From NCBI GenBank assembly GCA_000165425.1, contig CT868073.1, forward strand, positions 1-64,000: a stretch of 64,000 nt of DNA, in the 5' to 3' direction. Source of the DNA: Paramecium tetraurelia (Eukaryota). Positions 26,219 through 38,797 of this stretch are shown one piece after another (within the stretch, counting starts at the first letter, position 1; each line of letters begins with the position of its first letter). The notes under the pieces were generated by a model. The model saw only the letters and a list, made by a program, of their open reading frames with translations. It was not told the origin of the DNA and did not search any database. Position numbers and translations under genes: made by a program.

Positions 26219-26397
26219 AAGTTATAATAATAATAATAATATCAATATCAACATTACTTAGATTGTGGTGATCAACCATCCAGTTTATTTAGTACCTTTT
26301 TAATTTTATTCGATTATGGTTTCTAATTTAAATCTTTTTTTTTAAATAAAAAGGACATTGAAAGTAAGAAATTAAAAATATTTTCATTAGAATATTT

Positions 26398-27724
26398 ATG
26401 GATCAAGCTACATAGGATTTACAAGAAAATTGGAACGAGGTAAATGATTATTGTTAATTATCAAGCAAGTCGAAACTTTCGAAGAATTAACATTGAGCAA
26501 AGATTTATTGAGAGGCATCTTCTCTTACGGTTTCGAAAGACCATCAGCCATCCAACAAAAGGCCATTAAACCAATCATACTTGGCAAAGACGTATTGGCA
26601 CAAGCCTAATCAGGTAAAGACTCTAATTTTACTATATCTAATAGGAACTGGAAAGACAGGTACATTCACCATTGGTGCCTTACAAAGAATTGACCCAAAT
26701 TAGAGAAAGACCCAAGTCATCATTTTGGCACCAGTCAGAGAATTGGCAAAGCAAATTTATGATGTTGTCAAAGGAATAGGATAATATTTAAATATCGAAG
26801 CCTTTTGTTGCATTGGAGGAACCTCAACTCAAGAAACCAGAGAGAAATGCAAATAAGGTGTGCACATCATCATTGCCACTCCAGGAAGATTGATTGACAT
26901 GATGAAAAACAAATATTTGGATGCCACATTCATGAGATTATTGGTTGTTGATGAAGCTGATTAGATGTTGGATCAAGGATTCAGTGATAACTTCGCTGAA
27001 ATCCTTAAAATGGTACCAGGAGATATCTAAATTGGTATACTTTCATCATATATTCTATATAGCATTGTTTAGTGCAACATTCCCATAAGAAATTATTGAA
27101 TTGAGTAAATAATTCTTAAGAGAAGGAACAGCAAAGATTTTAGTCAAGAAAGAATAATTGACCTTGGAAGGTATTAGATAGTTCTACATTGCCATTTAAT
27201 AAGAAGACCAAAAGTTCAGAGTTTTGGTTGAATTATACAAGAATCTTACAGTTTCATAATCAATCTTATTTTGCAATTCCAAAAAGACAGTCGATGATCT
27301 CCATGATAAATTGACAGCAGAAGGATTTACAGTCAGTAAAATCCACAGTCAAATGGAATAAAAGGAAAGAGAATAAGTAATTTTATCATCTCTACTCTTT
27401 AGGTTATGTAAGAATTCAAAAAGGGAGCTGCAAGAATCCTAGTATCGACAGATCTTATGGGAAGAGGTATTGATGTTCAATAATTATCTTTGGTTATCAA
27501 TTATGAATTCCCAAGACTCAAGGAATAATATATTCACAGGTATCATTCATTTTAATCTATTTTTTAGAGTTGGAAGAGCTGGTAGATATGGTAGAAAGGG
27601 AGTTGCAATCAACATGGTCGCTCAACAAGAAGCTAATCTCTTATTAGAAGTTGAAAAGTATTACAACACTAAAATCGATGAGATGCCCAAGGATTTGGCT
27701 GAAGTAGAGAAGGAATTAAGTTGA
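26398..27724 (+). CDS. eIF4A: Eukaryotic initiation factor 4A (DEAD-box helicase)
   Basis: [76 protein letters not shown]. Confidence 0.96.
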
Positions 27725-27891
27725 AAAATCAGTATATGTATAAATAAGAGTATATATATTAAATTAAACCATTATTAGTATATAATCATTCTATTTTTAA
27801 GAAATATAGAATACAAAAATTGTTTAAAATTGATTCCCAATTTTATATAATCAACTTAATTATTCTTAATGCAGAGAGCATTATTTAATCA

Positions 27892-28602
27892 ATGTAATAA
27901 ACACAGCAAATGTAAACAAACCCATAATCAAAATTTTTACACTCCCCTTATCTCCAAAATATAACAGAAAGTGTCAATTAGGAGCAAATTCTTAAAAATG
28001 AGTAAAATCTTACGTCAAAATAAAATACAGAAGATAATCAAAGTTATCCTATAATCATACTCATTTTATGTGTTATGATACTTATATATGTCTGTGGAGT
28101 CATTTTTGAAGTTTCAAGAAGAAAAAAACTCAAGAAGAATATAGAACAGAGATTAATCTAAGAAAACATGTACTCAATTCAAAATAACATAGTTAAAATA
28201 AGCTAAATCTAAGATTCTCTACAAAATTCCCTTTGGAACCTTAAAACGATCAATAATTAAAAATGTAATACTAAGTTACTTAAATTCAAAACAATATAAG
28301 TACACCATAATAAACTAGAATTATAAGTAACTCAAGAAAAATAATAAAATCTATGGTCTGCTGAAGGAAATATAGTACTATAATCTAACTAAGAAATACA
28401 AGTTCATCTTAGAACTTCTCTCGATTCTGATTTATTTCAGAAGATAAAATCAATTGATTATATATACTTACTTTAACTATATTAAGGATCCTTTAATGAA
28501 TAAGAAAATAAGTTCTTAGGAAATTGTAAAGTTTATGGATGTTAAGGAACATAAGATCAAAATTTTAATGGATCATTTGAACTGTAAAAAGTATCTCAAT
28601 GA
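27892..28602 (+). CDS. Hypothetical single-pass membrane protein
   Basis: 711-nt open frame in code 6 with hydrophobic IIILILCVMILIYVCGVIF followed by SRRKK. Start uncertain. Confidence 0.5.
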
Positions 28603-29535
28603 AATTATATTTATATTTGACTTATAGAGAAATTAATATAATACAACAAAGTTATTTTCATTATCTACTTCTTAATGAGATATAAACAATGTAATTATAA
28701 TTAATTTTCAATAGTTTAATTCTATGTTGTATTAAAACGCTGATTAATTAAAAAAAACAATAATTTAAAATCCATTTAATTGCAAAATTTAGTTATTATA
28801 CATATCAAGCATAAATAAGATAGAATTTAGAATGAAATATTAATAATCATCTAAGAAAATGTAATAACGAATATGTAGTATATATCTATATGAATTGATC
28901 CTCTTGCTAACAAATGATTTTCATCAATACTTAAATTACATTTCAAATGTTTCAATCTCTATTCTTATTCATCTCCATTTTAACAACGATCAAAGTGGTT
29001 ATTAATGCAAATTAAATAAATAAATGAATATATATTGTTAGGTAATTATTAAAATATTCTATCAAATCAAGACATAAGTATGATAATGGAACAATATTGA
29101 AATAGAAAAATAAGTTCTACTTAAAAAATAAAATTAAGAGAGGATACTTTTAAGACAATTAATCAAATGATACTTCATTATTTAATCTCAAATTATAATA
29201 AAATTAGATGAATTTATGAAAAATGTTCACCCTATTTCGATAAAGTACTTTAACTAGTTAATCAATACATATTATAATTATAGAATATTTCAAATCTTTT
29301 GGTTTATTTATTATGATATTTTTCCTTTTCAATTTTCTATGCGCATTATTTTTATTTTCTTAAAAACGATGCAAAAAGGTATCTTAATATTCATAAAATA
29401 AGATGAGTTAAATGGTAAATGCTAATCCATATAATGTAAAATTTTATTTATTATTAATTTAATAAAATTATAATTCATCAGAACGGTGTGCAATATATTT
29501 TGTTAGCAAGTATAATATATATTAATTTTATAAAT

Positions 29536-30255
29536 ATGTAACAATCCTACGATTGCCCAATTTGTTTAAGCATTTCTGTGGATCCTATCCAACTTTCTCA
29601 ATGCAATCATATATTTTGCTCTGCTTGTATCGTAGATTTACTAGATTACAACAATTAATCCTACAAGTGTCCATTATGCAGATAACTTTACCAGAAGAAT
29701 GAACCATTAATTATTAATTAAGAACTGGCTAAAAAGATTAAGGAGAGTAATCCTGAACTATATGTATAGAGATAATAGCAGATTCTCTAATAACAAATGA
29801 TGTTACCAAATCAAATTAAAGTCAGTGTTGTATATGGTAACCTATATGAAAAAATCAAAAATAATGATAAAAATTAACACCAATGGACTTTAGTTGTGAA
29901 AATGGATTATAATAAGGAATCGGACAGAGTTGCACTTAAGAATTTCGACATCAATAATATGATTGAATCTGTTACATATTAATTACATGCAACTTTTCGT
30001 CCAAGTGTAGTTACAGTTAAACAAGCTCCATTTCAATTACAAAGACTAGGTTGGGGAACATTTATGATTCCTTTCCTCATTAAATTTAAGAAGGAATACA
30101 ATATTCCTAATTTGACAGTCGATCACTATCTTAGTTTTTAGGGAAATGGATCATTGCAAAAATAAATAACTAAATTAGATATAAGTAATGTGAAAGAATA
30201 TCAAGAAATATCAGAATAACAGAACTAATAGCAGCAACTATAATAACAATAATGA
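29536..30255 (+). CDS. RING-HC finger + YEATS domain fusion protein (239 aa, intronless)
   Basis: C3HC4 RING: CPIC..CNHIFCSAC..CPLCR. YEATS: VVYGN..HQWTLVV..IESVTYQLHATF..APFQLQRLGWGTFMIP..HYLSF. Confidence 0.92.
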
Positions 30256-30413
30256 TTAAAATTATAATCTTTAATCAATCCTTTACAGATATATATTATT
30301 ATCATTAAATTATATTAACAGACTAATTAAACGTAAATATCAAAATTGTACTCTCCACTTAATGTATAGAGTTTAGATCAAATTGATATTCAGTTATTTA
30401 AATTTATTATTGA

Positions 30414-32650
30414 ATGGAATTTAATTAATACAAAACAAATGAAGTCAAATCAAATCCAAAATACAAGGGGCTGTTATAGTGGGGTGTATAGAATGGAGTG
30501 TTGATGAAGGGTGTGGATTTTCCAGCTTCATTCGGAGATGTCATAGGAGTAGTCGCCTCTGAAGACTTGCCATCAGATACTGTATTATTATTGATTTAAA
30601 TGTCATTAGGTAATTATTTGCATACCTTAATCATTGATTATTTCACCTGATAAATGCAAGTAGAGCACTCTCATAACAGTGTACAACAGTCATCCAGAAA
30701 TGTTTGATGAAGAAGAAACTAATGAGGCAGAGTTTAACATTTTAAGTATCAATCTCTTGTATCTGAGCATTTTACATGTTCAATGAAAAGAAGAAAGGGG
30801 AATAGTCATTTTATTACCCTTACATTTAGGCGATCTAAACTAGCAACACATTAATGGCTTGGTCGAATGAGGATTTGCAGAAAATTGAAGATCCTCTTAT
30901 ATTAGAAGAATTTTAATTAATTAAATAAGATTTCTTAGGGTTATGGAGTAAGGCCAAGTTAATCTTTGATAACGCTTAGGATATATTTGGAGCCCCAAGA
31001 ATAACAGATAAAAGTGACTTTTTTTGGGCAATAGAATGCGTTATGAGCAGATGTTTTGGATGGGCTCTTAAATCTACTTGTCTAGTTCCCATAGCTGATT
31101 TCCTTAATCATTCTAATAAAGCATGCACACATTATATGGTTCATTCAGCATTGGAAAAGGGTAGTTTTTCTAAATCAGAGGTGTAAGCTAATTTTCAAAA
31201 ACAATATGTCATAAAAAGAAACAATATGAATTTGAGTATTTTAGGTATTGAGGCTGATAATGAGATACAGAAATGGAAAGATGAGAAAATTAAATTTATT
31301 TTAGAGAATAAACAGTGTTTAAGAGATCAGGACTTACTAGTAGATTTGGAAGGAGCATCTATAAATGAGCAAAGAGATATCATAAATAAGATCCATTATG
31401 AATAGATTATTTAAGATCCGAAGTTGAATATATGGGATTTGGAGTCTATCGCTTCATCTGATAGTGAAGATAATGATTCTGATGAAGAAGTTAAATTAGA
31501 GAAGTTTTAACAATATGAGATTTTGAAGATTAAGGAATTGGCAGAATGGAAAATTAGAGAAGAATAAAAAAGAATAGAGAAAGAGTTTTAGTCTATCAAT
31601 TTGAAAAATCAACCTATTGTTACAGTAACCTTGAATCCAGGTATGATGTATTATAGATATAGTAGAGAAGAAAAATAAGGTAATAATTCGTGGATTACCA
31701 TAATATCAGATTGAAGCCATTAAGGCAAAGCTGTTAATTATCAATGGGAGATTAAGGAAGCAACAATAAGAAAAGATTTTGTCTGAAGTTGATGATGTGT
31801 AAAGTAGAGAAGATTAATAATGGGATTGGTTAGATGAATATGATTAAGAAGCCTACTTTTGCATTACAACTACAGCTCCAATTAAGAAATTTCAATAAGT
31901 GACTGTTTCATACGGGAAGAGAACAAATAGATTTTTAATATGTTGGTATGGGTTTGCATTGCTAGAGAATGTGTACAGTTCGTTTAATTTTAGAGTAATT
32001 AGCTGACTAATTAAAGTTATGGCTGAATACTGTGATCCTGGAAGATAAAGAGAAAACCTTAGATTAGATCTTGAACACAATAATTATTAAAAAACTAATA
32101 TATGAGGATGAATCAATTGTAGACAAGATTTCATACAACGGTTACGAAATACCTATTTCATCTTTATCCAAGGAGTTTAGAATAAAAAAGAATAAGTTGA
32201 ATATAGACATAATAAGCGTTTTGCGATTATTCTTATAGATAAAATACGGGAAGGAAAAAGATTTGTTGAGTACGATTCCTATGTCAATTGATTATGAAAT
32301 TGATGTGCTGCAATTTTACTATTCATTGTTACAAACCCTGATGAAGTCTTATTCTTAAGATTTGGTTCAAGATCTTAAAGAATTAGAGTAGACATTTGAA
32401 TATCCAAAAAGATTTGCTGTATGAATTGGTGTTTGATTATTATTAGATCTATATCAATAAAGAGCGGAAGGAAATTTTAATAAGCCAAAGTTAAATTGTG
32501 GAAGAGGCAATCACGATATTAAAAAGGTTTAAGGAAACATAAAAATTGAGGGATAGCTATGTTTCCGATTTGAACATAGAGACAGTGTCAACAATTTCTA
32601 TAATAAAGGGATTAAAGGATTATCTTAAATTATTATATGAATTTTTGTGA
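30414..32650 (+). CDS. SET-domain lysine methyltransferase of the Rubisco-LSMT/SETD3-SETD4-like group
   Basis: GVVASEDLP, FWAIECVMSRCF, LVPIADFLNHS, QVTVSYGKRTNRFLICWYGF. Confidence 0.88.
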
Positions 32651-32754
32651 TTTAAATATTGATATGCTTTATAATTGATGTGAGTAATTGAACATGGTTG
32701 TCGTTGAATAGAATTAAATGAAAACATCTTAAGAATATCATTAAATAAATAATC

Positions 32755-34309
32755 ATGTTTTTATTGTTGGTAATATGGGGTATTGCAGCTAGCTCTTTAT
32801 TGAAGAATACCAACTCATTATATGAAGAATGGAGACATAAAGCATAAGCCTTAGTTACTAGAACACCAATGGAAATGATAAGATAAACATTAGGATTAAG
32901 AAGCTTAGATTCAGATGATGAAGAATAGTTTATTATTCCAGAGACTAACGGAGATCTAAAACACTCTAGAGTAGTCAGAATGATGGAAGAGAAAGGAACA
33001 CCCAATCCTCCAGTTCCAGTAGTTAATAATACAATTAATGAATATTTAAGATAAGGACCACTGATCCCACTCAAGTGTTATCTTGGTTAGCCCATTCTTA
33101 TCAACGTGACTTAGCATTACTGCTTCAAATAGAAAGTCACCTATCTTTAATACTAAGATATTTCAGTCAAAAATTCAGCCAATTGCACCATTAGGTATAG
33201 ACTGCATTATGGGTGTTTGTGTCCTCCTGACTTTTATGGAGATTATTGCAAGAATTGGAATCCTATAGTCTGTGAAATAGAGTAACCATCTAAGAACTGC
33301 AAATTAGTTGTAGACGAAGACTATTACAATAAGAAGATAGATGGTAATCCCCCTTGTAATTAGTTTAGGAGTAGTTAGTTTGTGGATGTACAATTATTGA
33401 ATTTATATAGAATGTGAGAACAGTCTGCTATAACTATTACTAAAATCTACTGAATACTAGTGTATTTTATCCTGAAGAGAATTACACAATCATTTGGAGT
33501 AATTACACAAAAGGGATCAGTGCCTTGTTGCCTCAATAATACAAATATTCAGCTCCAATTCCTGAAGATCCCAATGATCCATAGTAATACATTCAATTTG
33601 CCACAGCCTCAGAAGAAGCAGAGAAGGAATACTTCAAATATGAATAGAAGGCATGCACTGGAGTTGAATCAAACACCTTATGCAGTTCCTTATTGTTCAA
33701 CATAAACCCTTACGTAAGGTTTATCAATTGGACATACTTATCAGAATCCGATACTACTTACATAGATTACGATTTGACACTCGTTGAAATGTTAGGATAG
33801 AACTACTTCTAGGTTCCCATTAAAGTTACTAAATCTACTCCTTTGTTTGGCAGATACTCGTTAGAAATTGGATTTATTCTACATCTCTACGGGTATAATG
33901 AATTATATGCAACAAATGGATCCAATGTTACAGCCTAAAATAGTTCAAAGGAGTATTAACCCCAATTGTAACCAAAAATCTTATTTTTTGAAGACTAGTT
34001 ATATGAAGGTATTAATGTGAAATAAATATCAAAGAACCTGCTTCTTCAATTAAGTAATTAGAAGGAAAGGCAAGAGCCGGATTAATAATTGCAATTGTAA
34101 TATTACTCATTGCAATTCTATTGATCTACAAATATAGAAACACTCTGACAGAATGTTGTTTCCCTCGAATCGACAAAGTAGTCCCAGAAAAATATGATAA
34201 TTAAAAAGGTTGTTGTGAAAAGTGTTTCGATTGTTTCAAAAAGGATTAGGGTCATCGTCATCATGTAGCCGAACCTAATTCTTAACATTAAAATTAAAGT
34301 TTGGAATGA
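32755..34309 (+). CDS. Type I membrane protein with EGF-like Cys motif
   Basis: Signal peptide MFLLLVIWGIAA; GCLCPPDFYGDYC; TM GLIIAIVILLIAILLIY; Cys-rich cytosolic tail. Confidence 0.8.
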
Positions 34310-34425
34310 TTAAATACGTATTATAAAATTATTGCTAATTAAATATATAACATTTATAGAAAGATTGAATAATAATACTCTTATTATTCTTGTTACTCTA
34401 AGACACTACTTATTCATTCCTATTA

Positions 34426-35632
34426 TCATTCGAGATTGATTCTTTTTCCATTATTCCACATCCCATATTTCACTCTTCCGTCTGCCATTAAAAATTTACC
34501 TCTTCCGTTCTATTTACCTTCATGCCATTCTCCTTCTAGAACCTTCCCATCTGGCCAAAAATACTTCCCTTTCCCTTATTTTTTATCATTAACATATTCA
34601 CCATGATAAGATCGGCCATCTCCCCATTGATACACTCCATAACCATGCATTTTATTATCCTTCCATGTACCCTTATACCTTCTTCCATCCCCCCAAACGT
34701 ATTCTCCCTATTTTCAATTAAAAATTTTACTTCACCATTTATTTTATTATCAAACCACTCTCCTTCAAAATAGCTGCCATCAGGCCACTTATAAGTCCCT
34801 CTTCCCTACTTTTTACCTTCAAAGTATTGTCCCTCATAAAGTGAATTATCAATCCCTATGATATAAACAACAATCTTATACATTTCTCTTATCCATGTCC
34901 TTATTGATAATCATCCTTCCATTATCCAAAGTATATAACTCCATTTGATTGTTTGTAGACTCCAAATCCGTTTGCTTTATCATTTTACCATTCGCCCTCA
35001 TAAACATCTCCATCGACATGATAAAAGGTTCCTTAACCAAATGCTTAATTATTTTTCCATTATCCAATATATTTGGCCCCGTCTTCCCATACTTGTATTC
35101 CCTATCCATCTCTCTTATCTCCCAACCATTCTCCCTCATATGTTGATCCACTAATAAATTTATATTTTGATCTATATTCCCTTTAAAGTGATTCAGATTT
35201 GATTGTTACTTCATAAGTATATTAAAATACATTCATACTCTTCTTTGGTAAAATATTTCTGCTTCCCCCTCTTACTCTTCTTATCTGTGGTTACTTAGTC
35301 ATTCTAAGACTTATTGAACAGCAGTTTGGTCTATAAATAAGCCTTCCTTGCTTTGTATCCCTTCCATTATTTTTATATCATAATAGCCATTTTAGTTTAT
35401 AAAATCTATTTCTATGCTTACTTCTAAGTTTCACCAAAACTTCTAGTTGATTTTTACTATTATAGCTATAATAATAAACTTTGTGTTAATGGGTATAATT
35501 TTAATAAGATTACTAAGAGCAAGATGAGATAACAGCTTTATTGCTTTCTGATTTCTTCGTAATGGTGACTTCATTGATCTAATCTAATCTATCTTTTTAG
35601 CATTAAGAACAATTTGAACAGTGTGATCCCAT
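34426..35632 (-). CDS. MORN-repeat protein with IQ-like motif and N-terminal acylation signal
   Basis: [23 protein letters not shown]; repeated YEGEW..GK..GKG...WPDG units. Confidence 0.9.
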
Positions 35633-36431
35633 ATAAAGTTATACAAATAAACAAATAATTAAAAAAAACTTTTCATTTTTTGATTCTATTTTTAGTTAAT
35701 CCATGTAAGTCCAATTTGATTACGAACGTACACAATCACTCTCCTCATAAATATGTACTTTTCGATCTGATTAGTTGCACTGGCTCATCCTTTTGTTTGA
35801 TGTTACTATTTTGATATAATCTTACTTAAGTACGTTTAATTTTGTATACAAATTTCCCAATAAGTAACTTAATCAAACTACTTTAGATTTATCAAATCTG
35901 ATAAATTATTAATTAAATAATTTAAATTTTGTATATATTATGATATCTTATGTTTAATAATCAAATATTTTTAGGAAGAATGAAAAATAAAATTAAGTAT
36001 ATCCTATAATGATTTTAGAGGTCAATAATAAAATTTTGGGTCTCAAAAGTACAACTAATACGAGAACTAAGGATATTATTATAATTTTATTCTTTAGAGT
36101 TCGAAGAAGAAAATTATAAATTTGCAAAAAATAATAGACAATTAAAGAAATTTAAATAGATGAATGTAAGTCATTTGTCAAATAATTACAACAATTAAAT
36201 GTGTGAACCAAAAATGGAATGTTAAGAATTTTAGAATTTCAATCAAGGTTTTAGGAAATCAAAGATAACTTTATTTTTTATTCTAAAATTTGTAAAATAT
36301 CGAAATAATAAATCTAAAAGAAAATCCACATGAATATAAACTCTTATCTCTGAAAAGAATCATATAGACCCCTAAACAGAATTAGCCATAAAATTTTGAA
36401 AAAAAAAATTATAAAATTAGTTAAATTTTAA

Positions 36432-37517
36432 TCAACTTAGAAATAGTTTTCGTAACTCTGATCTCATTTCTAAGGGACTCATTTTAAGCAATTTATTTCT
36501 ACAATTGGATCTAAACATTATTGCAAAAATGCAAGTGTACACTGCATTATCATAGTTGTTGTAGCATTAAGGAATATTTTCTTTGATAACTAGATTTGGT
36601 TAGAGTTTACGATTCAGTAATATTTAGAACAGTTTAGTGAGTTTGTGTTTTATGTTTTCATAAAATGGCCTACTGCATTTAATGGAATCATATACATAGA
36701 TAATGAATTTGTCTTCAGTAATTGATACTTTAACGAAATACCAATGATTGTGATCATGTTCTATAACAAATCCAATTTTTTTATAGATTAACCAAAACTA
36801 AACAAATCCGAATTATCTAAGTAGTTTTTTTTAAAATTGGTTAGAGTCTTCCAAAGAACATGTGCTTTAGAAGATGATAGTTCTCTAAAATTTCTCTCTC
36901 TTTTAAGGAGGAGTGTCCCAATACAATTATTCATCAAGCTATTAAAGATATTGGATATATCCATCAACAATATTCGCTCTAAGTTAATTTTTATCAGTAA
37001 TAGAATTTAGATCTTTATCATTTATTAGTTTGTTATATTTTTAATGATTATTCTAGATTATTGATTTCTATTATTCTTATTCTTCTGTGATTTCAGAATC
37101 AGAAGGTACATCCAAACATGCACCAAAAAGTGAAGTTTGTGCTGGTTCTTAATATTTATCATTTATAAACATTCCTTTCTTAACAGCAAACTTTTAGTTT
37201 CCATTATTATCCACATCTTGTAAATAAAGGTTTCCTTTGCCATTCTTTTAGAATTTCTAATTGATTTCGCCAATATAAACACTATTTTTTTAAAGAATTA
37301 AAAATTTGTGACTTGTGAATTAAATCACATCCATGCTCTCCATATAAGTGATTGAATAAGCAGAGTCTGGGGAAGGCATTATTGGAATGTTCTCCAAGGA
37401 TTTATTTGCTGGGAGTGCTACTGCGTTAATTCCAGGCCTGGAGTCTATTTTATTGAAATTTATTTATGAGTCTTCATTAATTAATGAATCACTGTCTGAA
37501 ACACAAATATTACCCAT
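36432..37517 (-). CDS. Ulp1/C48 SUMO-protease-like protein, probably catalytically altered
   Basis: Intronless 361-aa frame: MGNIC..; LRANIVDGYIQYL; NHWYFV; YVYDS; IPQCYNNYDNAVY in place of PQQxNxxDCGVF. Confidence 0.75.
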
Positions 37518-37709
37518 TTTAATTAAATATAGAAATATACACAGAAATCTCAAAGATTAACATACATAAAAAATTTAGGGGTAACATTGGACCCAAATAT
37601 TTTTAAATTTTTTAATTTAATATTTTTTAAATAAAATCCTTCTTTTTTAATATTAATCAATTTTCTTAAATATAATTGTTAATATTTGCATAATTCGATA
37701 ATTTTTAGA

Positions 37710-38741
37710 ATGAAATTTATCAAAGAAAATAAAGATAATAAAGTTTAATTCTTCGAATAAAAAAAAATCATTTATAAGGGCAGCGTGAGATTAGAAAAGT
37801 TTACCAACATAAAACCAAACAATATTAGTCCTACTCAGAGAGAATATAAAAGTGAATTGAGTCCAATCATAAGACAAAAAAGAGCTTAAACTATTTTAAA
37901 GTAGTTGCTTAATGAATAAAATTAACAGTAATATAGGTTGATTAAATTTAGAGTACTTGAAGCCAAATCCTCAAGGAATTTCAAACTAAAGAGAATATCA
38001 GTTGATTACAACTATTCAATTTAATTGCCGAACATTGAAGAATATTTCCATTCATAAGATAAACTCCAATTGCTCAAAACAATTAAGAATGAAAAGAATA
38101 GAGTAGAAAATCATATTGAGAAATTAGAAAAAATCAAGAAGGAATTAGATCTTTCAGATTATGTATTTACTCAGCATAAACCAAATACTTATCATTCAAA
38201 TACACCTAGCAAATCTGCAAGGAAACAACACACACTTAAATTAAATACAAGTGGCAGCACAGTATTTGGAAAAACAGAGAATGTGAAAAGGCAATTATCT
38301 ATTATTGACTGTGAAGACAGAAAATAGATTGATAAAAACAAAGAAATCGAATTGTATAGGAAGTACGAAAAAGTAAGAGATAGCAAAGTGTTACCTCAGT
38401 TAGTAAATCAGATAAATGAGTCATATGAAGAAAAGAATAAGTTAAGTGATAAATTCAATAGACAATTATATTATTGCATACACAATAGGGATTATAGCAT
38501 ATAAGATAAAATTAAAGAGTATAAAAAGGATAGTTTATCCTACTCTTAATTTTATTCAATATAAAAGAGACTTAAACAACATATGGAGGGCAGATTCAAG
38601 GCAACAGAGAATCAAGTTGTAAAATTTGAGGATGAACTAAAGAATCTAGCCAAAACTAACAGATTAACTGAAAGTAGAAAGCAACAACTATCTAGAATAA
38701 AGATTGAATTGGAGAATGGTAATTACTTAGAAAATTATTGA
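37710..38741 (+). CDS. Hypothetical basic/coiled-coil protein
   Basis: Open frame in code 6 with one tiny intron; ends ENGNYLENY-TGA. Confidence 0.7.
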
Positions 38742-38797
38742 TATGATTATAAATAGTGTGTTTAAATATTAAATGATTGTCACTATCATTCTTCCAA

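Noticed and set aside
27918..27927. Second AAACCCATAA USE-like motif
   Set aside because: Lies inside an open frame with no recognisable snRNA downstream.
34426..35150. Periodic repeats that could suggest a CRISPR-like array
   Set aside because: Degenerate MORN-repeat coding sequence, not identical repeats with spacers.
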